A program made the position numbers and the translations under genes. This document shows, piece by piece, positions 51,458-62,269 of a stretch of DNA of 64,000 nt. This stretch comes from Vicugna vicugna (lineage: Eukaryota), in the NCBI GenBank assembly GCA_013265495.1, contig MU057930.1:1132057-1196056 (forward strand). Direction: 5' to 3'. Below the pieces are notes generated by a model. That model was given only the letters and a program-made list of their open reading frames with translations. It ran no database searches and was not told the DNA's origin. The first letter of the stretch is position 1. Each line of letters starts with the position of its first letter.

Positions 51458-51900
51458 CTTTTTATTGAAATAAATGGACACACGTGAAGATCTGAATATC
51501 CAGTCCAATGAGTATTCTCAAATACGCACGAATGGGTAATTACGTCTTCCGTATCAAGAGAAGTATATTCTCACTAAAAAAAAAAAAAAGTTACTTTCCG
51601 GTCAATGTCTTCGCTCCTAGAAGTCACCGCAGCTCTGTCACATCTGACATCCTTGGTTAGTTTCGCCACGTCTTGAAATGTGTGTGAACAGAATCACATG
51701 GTGTACGTTGTTTTGGTTTTTTTTTTTCTCTTACCACTTTGGACTTCACGCAATGTTTGAAAAACACATCCGCTTTTTTTGCCTGGGAGCCTTTTTCTTT
51801 TTCTTTTTAAGTATTGAAAGCATGCCATTATGTAACAAATGCTACAACTTCGTTGTCCATTCTCCCACTGAAGGGCAGCTGGTTGCTTGTAGGTTGGTGC
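51458..51900 (-). mobile_element. Old L1 (L1ME-like) 3' end
   Basis: ttttattgaaat...ccttggttagtttcgcc...cagaatcacatggtgtacg...tgtccattctcccactgaagggcagctggttg. Confidence 0.55.
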
Positions 51901-54900
51901 CGTCTAGAAACAAGTTGACCGATTCCATAAAAAGTCAGATTCTTAAAATAGTCTTAGTTTGAGATCACTAGAGACAGAGAACAAGCTGTAAAAATCATAC
52001 CCAGTCGCTTTACATGGTAACCAGCTCAGCCAGTGATAACATCTTGTAATTATCATAACCGGACTACAGAGCTTGTTCACATTTCAGCACTTGTCACATT
52101 ACATGCATTCTGTGTGTGTGCACATTTAAGATTTTGTGAATTAATGACTTAGTTTCCTATGTCAATAATTTAGCATTTATTTTATCAGTTTCCTTCCTTA
52201 TTTTCCATTACCCTCGCTCCTTTTTTTGCTAAGTTAGGTGAAAACTTAGCTGATTTTACAGGTTTTTTATATTTCTGTAAGAGCAGTTTAAGATATAAAT
52301 TTCCCCCTGTGCTCCGCTTTGTTTGCTAACAACAGGTTTTGAGACATTCTGATTTCAGTTTCTCTCAGTGCAGAATACTTGTGAAATTTCCCTAAGGACA
52401 TTCACTGTTTGACCAACGCTAATTCAGAAGCTGGCTGTTTAATCGGCAGATTTTCTACACACGTGACGTTCATCAATTTCTAATTTAATCCCACTGTGAT
52501 GTGTAATTAGGATGGAATATAGGAAAGTACTTGATTAAAACAAAAAACAGTGGAGTGAAAAAGTGCTCTTTAAACGTGAAGAAAGGAGAGAAATATGCAA
52601 AATATATATTCCAATTCCTGGAAAAAAAACCAAAAAGCAAAATCTCTGATGATAGTTTTATCGAGAATGTGAAAAAAAAAATCTGAGCTTGAAAATAGTG
52701 TAACCAAATCATTCTGCAGCTGGTTGGTGGATGATCCTCAGGACATAACGAGTGTTTTGGGTTTTTTTATGGTTTATGATCAAAAGGCTGGAAGTTCCCT
52801 CAGGCTGCACAGAAAAGGCATTTTTCCTGGTCCCCACTTAATTCGCATGACTGTCTGCAGCTTGCGTGAAGCCGCAAGATGCGTGTTGGGTGCCCACAGC
52901 CACAGGATGCTGGGCGCGGCATTTTAGACGGTCGAGGAGCTAAAATGACCGGCCCAGTGATGATGATGGGAGCTGACCCAGGAAGGGTGAAACGCGCGTG
53001 TCGTCGCTGCAAGGCAGGGCGGTGAGCTGCCGGCGTCACCGCCCGTCAGCTGCAGGCGTGAGATGCGTCATGTCAAGAGCCAGGCGCTTCCTGGCCCACA
53101 GCTGGGCTGCGCCCACGGCCGCGGCGCCCGACGGCCTGCTCTTGGACAGATTGACGCAGGCTGAGACACCGCAGCCCCCCAGACGAGGGGCGCAGAGGGG
53201 CTTCCAAGGACTCCCGGGTGCGCTACGAGCAGCTCTCTCTCCCTGAGGAAAGACTGCTTGCAGGATGAGAGCTGCCTGTGCGTTATTCTGGCAGCTAAGA
53301 CTCAGCAGAGGGAGGGGGCCGCAGGGGAAGAGGAGGATACATTGCAGGGAAAGCAACTAAGACTGCAGCTAAGGGCAGGTTACACCACTGTGAAGACTGC
53401 TCGTGACGAGGGCACGGTCTTGAAGGCTGTGCGCTTCCTGCGGACGGTTTCAAAGGGAGGCCATCTGCCAGGCGTCTGGGGAGGTGGACATTCAGGGTAA
53501 CATCAAGACCTTAGGGTCACTGAGAAGGACGCCCATCCTTGGAACGAACCATCTGCAGACGGATGGATCTGGTTTTCAGTGGACAAAGTACTGCTTTGTT
53601 TTTTGGGGTTTTTTTTTTCCTTTTCTCATGACTGGAGATCAGAGGGTTCTGCAGAATCGATTCACTCCATGTATCAAGGCAAGCAGGGGCCGTATGCAGC
53701 CTGCAGATCTGCTAGCCAATCTGCAAGCTATCTGGCAACCCCAGCTCCTTGGAGGACGAACACTGAGGGAGGCTATTCTGAACCTGAGTCCCTTTTCTCG
53801 GTCCAGGCTGTGCGCTCTTGCTGAAGCGGGCGGGGCTGACACGTGGGCTCCACCTGCTCAGATTGTGTGTATCTGCTGAACCTTCCTGTTCGATGCACAC
53901 TTGCCACCTGCACTCCTGGAAGCGCCTTCAAAGGAGTATTACATCAGACAAAAAGGAAAACTGAGCTGGAGAATGTAGGCTTCCTTCTACAGCAAAAGAG
54001 GAACAGAGCCAGGCACAGCTCCCGGGAGGGAGAAGGCTGCGACGTGCGGACGTGAGGGCTGCTGCGACCTTCCTTCCACGCAAAAGCAGAAAGCGTCGTT
54101 TCTGGCCCTGTTTTCCAGCAACAGCCTGGGCTGTTCTAGAACGTGGGTCTTTGCATGAAATGACAAGGCGATAAGCCCACAGCTGTGAATGCAGGTGCTG
54201 TGAATAAGTGAAGTGCATACAGAGGAAAAGCGGGGCGGGGACTCCAAGTTCGAATTCAAATAGATGAACAGTAGTTAGGTTGGTACAGAGATACCACAGG
54301 AGCTCATTTATCTGTTTGACTTTTGTTAGTACATACTAGACACACTTGAGTAAATCAAACGTTACATTTAAGAAGTATTAAAGGGAAAAGATACCCTGTT
54401 TAAACTTCCAGCATCACGAAGAGAATAAAGGAAACTTCTCTCATCTAAATTGAGCAACAGGAAATACAGAAAGAAAAAAAGAACCACCATTGTACAGTGT
54501 GCTTACAACTCTGTGAAGAGGACGGATCCCAGGCTAAGTGTGCTCACCACAATAAAACGAAAATAAATATTAAACACATAACTACCAAGTCAGTTGAAAG
54601 GAAAAGCGTAAAATAAACTTGCCACATTGAACATAAGTGGGTCATATTTTCTGTTGCACTGAGAACTGTGGCTTTTTAATCTTAGAAATGATTCAAATCG
54701 GATGATTACTTAGCAGAAATACTTAAACCATAGATATAAAATGAAGGTGAATTATACTAAGTGATTAGCAAAAAAGGGTTACCTGAATGCAAAATAAAGA
54801 AGGAAATAAAGGTGACTGGAATATCATTTGTGTGGAATTTCAGGTTAAGTACAGCAATCAGAACCGAGAGAACCTTTACTGGCTGAAGGCAGAATTTCTG

Positions 54901-55698
54901 ATGCTGTCATTAAGTGCGTATAACTGTCAACATGCAGTTGACAATATACATGAGAAGTTATCTGAAAATGATAAAAATAGAAGCTTAAACACGACAGGGA
55001 GCCTCACTGAAGTTGAGCAGATTTAGTACAAACTTAAGAATAAAGAGAAAGTAATAAACCACTGATTTGGTTTTGGGTTCCCATCTGTACCCAGGGGGAG
55101 GGGTCGTTCAGCCCTCAGTAAGAGAACTCCTCTTTACTGTATCAATGGCGTCCCCATAAAACTCAATACTTAGATCATTTACAGTCCAGCTCCCTGAGTC
55201 AACCAAAGTTAAACGCATACAAACAAAAGTTCAAGTAGAAAGATTAGTAATTAAGAAACACGCACTCCTAAACTCAGCTGTCAAAGAAGCAACCGAAACC
55301 CCATTCACCGTCTACCCAAAGTGCTAATTTGAGGTTAATCGTGGTTGTCAGTGGAGCTCCTGGTATTTCCTGCAGAATCAGCCCAGAACCAGCGCAGCTA
55401 AAGGAAACAGCACCGCCAGCCTCGATCACTCTCCGTAACTGAGTGTGCGCAGTCTTCAAAAGTCAGTTAAGTATTCAAAGGGAACAAAATACTCCACGTT
55501 CCAGACATTCACCTCTCATGGTCCCAACACTGCTGAAGGGCAAGGGTGTGCAACCCTGGGGGGCTGGCAGGGGGAGGAGGGGAAAAGAGCTGTCCCACAG
55601 TTCGTGTGGTTTACATGGAGAATACTTTTTCACTAGAATTGAAAAACTAATTTTTCTAAAGGTAGGATATAGTGTAACAAAAAGACTATATTAACATG

Positions 55699-56236
55699 AT
55701 GTCCATCGACAGATGACTGGATAAAGAAGTAGTGGTGTATTGATGCTATGGAATACTACTCAGCCATAAAAAAGAATGAAATAATGTGATTTGCAGCAAC
55801 ATGGGTGGACCTGGAGATTGTCATTCTAAGTGAAGTGAGCCAGAAAGAGATAGAAAAATACCATGTGATACCACTCACATGTGGAATCTAATAAAAAAAA
55901 GACAAACAAACTTATTTACAAAACAGAAACAGACTCACAGACATAGAAAACAAACTTACGGTTACCAGGAGGGAAAGGAGGCAGGAAGGGATAAATTGGG
56001 AGCTTGAGATTTGCAGATACTAACTAATATATACAAAACAGATGAACAAGTTCATATTGTAGAGCACAGGGAAGTATATTCAATATCTTACAGTAACTTA
56101 TGGTGAAAAAGAACATGGAAGCAAATATATGTATGTTCATGTATGATGGAAGCATTGTGCTGTGCACCAGAAATTGACACAACATTGTAAACTGACTCTA
56201 CTTCAAGGAAAAAAAAAAATATATATATATATATAT
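55699..56236 (+). mobile_element. 5'-truncated camelid L1 with TSD
   Basis: ORF2 end plus full 3' UTR and A/(AT)n tail. 17-bp TSD aaagactatattaacat (55681-55697)/aaagactatgttagcat (56242-56258). Confidence 0.95.
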
Positions 56237-56699
56237 ACAACAAAGACTATGTTAGCATAAAAAAAGAAAGTTAAACTCTTTCACTGCATATTGGGCACAT
56301 TGATTATCCGGTACTGTATTTCTAACACTAGTAGATGAGCTGACTTAATTGTTTGGATGCAGTATTGCATGGGAGGTCTTCAAGAAAGGTAATTCACTGT
56401 ACATGTGATGGCCTGAATTTGTCTGGAGGATCACAGCTGTCTTTAGTATCTCAATGTCATACGTGGCTCAAAAAATAAAAAAATAAAAAAAGACCAGAAG
56501 CGCTGGGGTGGCTGACCCGCCTCGCACCTCTGAGTTCTAACATCATCTGATTTTAGCACCAAGTAACGGGGTTCTTGTAGAACCTGAAAGTCTTGGAGCA
56601 TCTAAGACACTGAGATTGCAGTGATCTTCTATGTGCAGTATTTGAGTTTGGAAACAGCTAATTCAATGCATTCGATGATTTGCATTCCAGAAGTTTTCT

Positions 56700-56841
56700 T
56701 TCTGCTTTCTTTTTAAATAATGCATGTATTCACTTTTTTCTTTACTCACTTCTTTTAAGGGAGGTACTGGGGATTGAACCCAGGACCTCACGCATGCTAG
56801 GCATGCAACTCTATCCTGGAGCTATACCCAACCCCCTCTCC
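56700..56841 (-). mobile_element. tRNA-Ala-derived SINE (vic-1-like)
   Basis: ggaggtactggggattgaacccaggacctcacgcatgctaggcatgc...gagctatacc. Perfect 13-bp TSD ccagaagttttct (56687-56699/56842-56854). Confidence 0.95.
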
Positions 56842-57192
56842 CCAGAAGTTTTCTAAGTTAATTCCTTTTTCTTAGTCTTATCCTGGACGGGAAGCCGACA
56901 TTCAGATAAGTGCCTTTAACCGAAAGAAATCCCCTTGTCTGGTTTGCCTGTGGTTCATCTTCATTCCTGCCCAAAGGGTATATGTTGGCCTTAAGCTTAG
57001 ACATCTCAGTCCCTGATAAACGGAGCCCTTTCTTGGGTTCGAACAACCGAACCAAAAGGACGACCCTTCTGCGTGTTCACTGTGTCACACTGGACTTCTC
57101 ACCGTATCTCTGCCTCTTTATTACATCTTCTAACAATTTCACTAAAAAGGCAAAAAAAAAAAAAAAAAAAGGAGTGTAATCGGGCCAAGAGG

Positions 57193-57349
57193 ATGCTAGC
57201 CAGCTGCATGATGACATCGTGGCTCCGAGCTCTAACCAGCAAATACCATTCCCAAAAGCCATCTGGCCAGCGCAGTGAGGATGCTCCAGGCTTCAAGCGA
57301 GGGGCCGGCTCCCGCCTCCCGCTCGGTCCTGAAGGCAGCTACGTGGCAG
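57193..57349 (+). other. Candidate first/alternative exon (unidentified gene)
   Basis: Apparently non-repetitive sequence. ATG at 57193 (A at -3) is open to a strong donor CAG|GTAAGA at 57349/57350. No homology recognised. Confidence 0.2.
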
Positions 57350-57712
57350 GTAAGACGAAACCCCGTTCCGTAGCCAACAGGGGCCCTGACAGAGTGGGTT
57401 CTATTTCAGCAGCCTCTGAAAGGTGGCAGTGTTATCCGTTTTGGGGTCCACGAGGCTTCACTACAGGAGCATCTTAAGAAGACTTCACACACTCCATAGA
57501 GCAGGCTGTTTGTTCTCAGAAGGAGTTGATTTTCATGTCACGGGAAGTGAGTGAAGGCGGTCCTGGGGTTTCTTCCCGTGCGTTATAACGTGCTTGTTAC
57601 TAAATCAACGAGGTTCCAGGGAAAGGGGAGGGCTGGATGCTTCCCTGACTCTTACTGCGGACCCTGGCTGCTTAACTATACGTAGACTGACGTTCAAACC
57701 ATAAGACTTTCT

Positions 57713-57778
57713 TAAGTATTTAAGCCCCCAGTTTTGACCTAATTGACAGAAAGTGAAAATTGGGGGCTTAAGTGCTTA
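57713..57778. repeat. 66-nt inverted repeat/hairpin
   Basis: 57713-57735 pairs with 57756-57778 over 23 contiguous bp (20 Watson-Crick + 3 G-U as + strand RNA). Confidence 0.85.
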
Positions 57779-60700
57779 TAATGAACTGCATGAATGACTA
57801 TGGTGCAATGCAGAGCGAAAGACATTTTAACAGATTCAAGTAAACCTTAGAAATAGTACTAAAACCAAATTTTTTTCATATACTGACAGATCGAACACTT
57901 ACAAGACCTTACCCCAGTTTACTTGCAAATATGTGTCAGCGATCATGCTACTAACAGTATTCCGATGTTTAAACGAGGAAACTGAATCTTGCCACTTTAA
58001 ATTTTCATCTAGCTAGAAAGTGGTGGCTCTCACTAGATTTTCATCTTGAAAGATGGACAAACAAGACGCTTCAAATCACGGAGCATCACGTCCTTGAGGG
58101 GAGCATGCTAGAAAGAACTTCTCCAGGACGGTAGCCCTGGAGTTCCGGGTGCAACATGTCACTTTGCACCGGAAACATCACTCTGAATGAAGTCTGCTGG
58201 GTCGTTAGCGAAACACTTCGCTTTTCTCCAGCCTGGGGACCACGCAGCGCGGCCTGTGCGAATACAGCGTCCCCGGGTAGCGGGCGGCACGCGCTCACTC
58301 CCCCCGTCGGATATCTAACATGTCCTTAGAGAAAATGAATGTGTGATCAAGGGAGAAAGTGCGTCTCCTGCGACACTTTTTTTTTTTTTTAACTTAAAGG
58401 AATACTTCCTCCTTCAGAGGAGCGAGACTGAATGTGTGACTTTTGAAATCAACGGCAAACCAGCCATGTATATTTTGGGTTGGAAGCAATTCCCCGGATG
58501 GATTACGACTCAGCCTGGGCCATTAAACACTAGAGCCACCACCAGCAGGGACATTTAGTGCCCGAATCCATCACGTTTTCTAATGGAACAAAGCTCCGCG
58601 GGAAAGCAATTGCGGTCTTGAAAGCAAAGATGCAATGGGGTCTCTGTACAGCTCAGCTCGGTGACACCCAGAACAAATGCGGGGACCTGTGTGTGTGTGT
58701 GCGTGTGTGCACCACGTTCCTCAAACTGTCTCACATAAACCCCAGAGACGCTTTGCTTAACTTAGTTGAAGGAGTGCGAGCTTGTGAGGTTTACCAAACA
58801 CGCATCCAATCTCTAGAATTGTATTAATAGCAGTGACCAACCCCACACGCCCTGCGCCAAGACACTTCCCATGCATTTAATTGGATAATAATACAGACAA
58901 GGACAAAAATTCCCCACGCACTGTTGCTGTCACTTAATGTGGGGCTGGCATAGGAGCGCGAGTCTCCAGTTGTACGTTTAGTACCTTGAGCATTTCACCC
59001 ATTGAACAAGTTAAGTGTCCGCTTACTGAACACCAGCCGGTTCCTGCTGCTGAAGACACAGCTGTGAGTGGCGGATACGGGCCTGCTCCATCGGGACGTC
59101 AGTCCAAACCAATCTGTACTCTTAGACAACGTGACTGAAGAAGCTAATCTAATTTATTGCAACAATTTAAAAAATACCCCATCCTCTTTCTACTGAAGGG
59201 GTTAGGGAATTCCATGGTCTCCGCCCGCTGGGACCCCAACACCACCTAAAAATTTCCAGCAGCAGAAATAAGACACTCATCAAGTCCCCGACAATTTGCA
59301 TTCTTGTGGGCACACAGCTGTCCAGGTTGTCGCCCAGCCATTTCCAGTCCCCAAAACAATTATTGCCCAGCCTCCCAAAGTCCAGTTTTTCTCAAAAAGT
59401 TCAGAAACAACCCAGCCATTTTCCCCTTTGTATTTTATTTTATTTTATTTTATTTTCACTGGCATTCTATCACGAATCAAGCACTCTGGTCAACAGTTTA
59501 TGTGGGCAACAGAATCCTGACCTTCAAAGAGCTTAAAATCAGCCACTTGTTAAAGCAAAGTCAACACACCAGAGCATCACACGGTCAGGATGGACCCACT
59601 CATGTACCTAAAATTGTCACCCGTCCAGTCCCGAAGGCTGGGAAAGCTGATGCTGGCTTTAAGGAAGGTGTCTTAGGGAAGGATGCACAAGGGCAGTCCT
59701 ATTTCAAACCGCAAGGGGAGGCTTCCAAAAATCACCAGCATGCTTCCAAACCGCAGTTCTTTGGACGGCTGTGGGTTTTCTGGGGTTTTTTTTTTTTCCC
59801 CTTCCTTTCTCTGCCTTGTTCCCCTCGTATGTTAAATTCTCCACCAGCTCTTTCTTAAATAGAGCAATTAGCTACGTTCTCACAGTAGAGGACTCTCCGG
59901 CCCATTCCTTATGGTGTCTGCTCAGCACATTCATCACCAACAAAAAGAACAAGGCAGTTCTGTCATCTGCGGACATTAACCAGAGCTCGCAGGGTCCACG
60001 GGGCACGGCGCCAACGTGCTCCCTCCTGAGACATCTCTAATGCTCCTCCATCCTCAAAACAGAAGCTCTGGGCTGTTCTTGCAAACGGACTGGTGATGCC
60101 GTACACAGTACTCCACCACGGAGAGTCTCGCATTTATTGGATTCTACGGGACTGCCGTGCAAATTCCTTTAAAAAGCAAATCTGCTCCCTTCCACTTTTA
60201 ATTTGATTATCACCAAAGTCCACACATTAGCCCCATGTCCTTCATGTTTACTGAATGTCCTCTTGCCACACGGATAAAGAAAGAGTGCTTTTCTAATTCA
60301 CAAGGAGGACTCTGCTCTACCTTATAAAATGTTGTAGCTTCAAAGAAAAATGCTAATAATTAAAATTAGACATTTTTTGAAATAGTTTAGTGGCTGTAAG
60401 TTGTATAATAAATATGATTTTCCTGTTATTGATAACACAGCATAATGTGCCAAGCATCTCATTAGCCTCAATGCCAAGCAATTTAGTAAATATTTAGTGT
60501 GTGCATTGTATTAACACTGCATTGGGTTAACATTAAAAAAAAAAAACTCAGCAATATCTATCACATTTTATTCTAAGACTGCCTCAAATTTCATCTGGAT
60601 TTTTGTGTTCTAGGAGAATTAATGAACAAATGGTGCCTAATAGTCCTCATGAAGCCAGTCCTCAAAATCGAGTTGATAACACCCCTTGGAAGGAGCTGAA

Positions 60701-61425
60701 CCTCGTGGGGAGTTTAATTGCCTATTTCTAAAACATAAATTCCTCTTGGGTGAGCAGACAGTAGTCACTGAAAACACATTTCTGTCCACACAGCACGCCG
60801 GGTTAGGGATAGGGAAGAGGACACAACCACGTCTGGGGTCAGCGATCCCACAGACGCAGGCGGGATCCCCCCCACCCAGCGGTTGTTCTGGAATCTCACT
60901 GTTACAGGAAAGAATGTCTGTGACACACGGATTCTTTTCTGCCTTAAGTGTGTAGGAAGGTGTGTGTGTCCTGGAGACGAGGAGACAGAGAGAGACATGG
61001 GACAGTTGCATTTTATTCACAGACACAATCACCTTTTTTTTTTTTTTCACTTGGAAAGAATGTGTAGACAGACAGGGATGTTCACGATAAAAACTTAACT
61101 TTAAAGACGGTTGTGTATTTACTAAAGGTTCCACACCTGCCCATTGGGCAAACAGAGAAAAGCAAATTCTATTTTTTAACCTAGCTTTCATTCATCAATA
61201 ATTGTAGTTCAAGACGTTAATACAGGGAAACTGAAAATAAACAAAATAAACTAAAATGGATGGTTCTTCAAATGAAGGTAAAAACATGAGATATGAAGAA
61301 GAGTTAAGTAAAATACCCCCCAAAACATCTCTGAAATATTCTATAGAAGGAAAAACTATGTATTCAGAAGATGAATGAAATGGCAGAAAGGGTACTTTTA
61401 AAATTTCACATACACACAAAATATG

Positions 61426-62260
61426 TCAAAACTACAGTGAGGTGTTACCTCACACCAGTCAGAATGGCCATCATTCCAAAGTCCACAAATGACACATGCT
61501 GGAGAGGCTGTGGAGAAAAGGGAACCCTCCTACACTGCAGGTGGGAATGCAGTCTGGTGCAGCCACTGTGGAAAACAGTATGGAGATTCCTCAAAAGACT
61601 AGGAATAGACTTACTATATGACCCAGGAATCCCACTCCTGGGCATATACCAAGAAGGAACCCTACTTTAAAAAGACACCAGCACCCCAATGTTCATAGCA
61701 GCACTATTTACAATAGCCAAGACATGGAAACAGCCTAAATGTCCATCAACAGATGACTGGATAAAGAAGATGTGGTATAGTTATACAATAGAATACTAGT
61801 CAGCCATAAAAACCGATAACATAACATCATTTGCAGCAACATGGATGTTCCTGGAGAATTCCATTTTATGTGAAGTAAGCCAGATATAGAAAGAAAAATA
61901 CCATAAGAGATCGCTCATATGTAGAATAAAAAAAAAAAATACCAAACAGAAACAGACTCATAGACATAGAATACAAACTTGTGGCTGTCAATGGGGTAGG
62001 GGGTGGGAAGGGACAGACTGGGATTTCAAAATTTGTAGATATTCACAGGCATATATACAATAGATAAAGAAGATTATACTGTATAGCACAGGGAAATATA
62101 TACAAGATCTTGCGGTAGCTCACAAGGAAAAAAATGTGACAACGAATATATGTATCTTGATGTATAAGTTAAAAATTGTGCTCTTTGCTGGACTTTGGCA
62201 CAACATTGTAAAATTACTATAACTCAATTTTTAAAAAATGAAAAAGTGGAAAAAAAGACA
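61426..62260 (+). mobile_element. 5'-truncated camelid L1 (ORF2 C-terminus + 3' UTR)
   Basis: ORF 61371-61670 contains [40 protein letters not shown], the L1 ORF2 CCHC region. Confidence 0.95.
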
Positions 62261-62269
62261 ATGAAAAAT

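Noticed and set aside
57769..57777. TAAGTGCTT, identical to the 5' end of miR-302-family miRNAs
   Set aside because: It sits at the base of the 3' arm, not at a mature 5' end, and the flanks do not match miR-302
60686..60955. ORF listed as starting MEGAEPR, like the SHROOM2 N-terminus
   Set aside because: The start codon is TTG, similarity ends after 7 residues and there is no CpG-island context; coincidence
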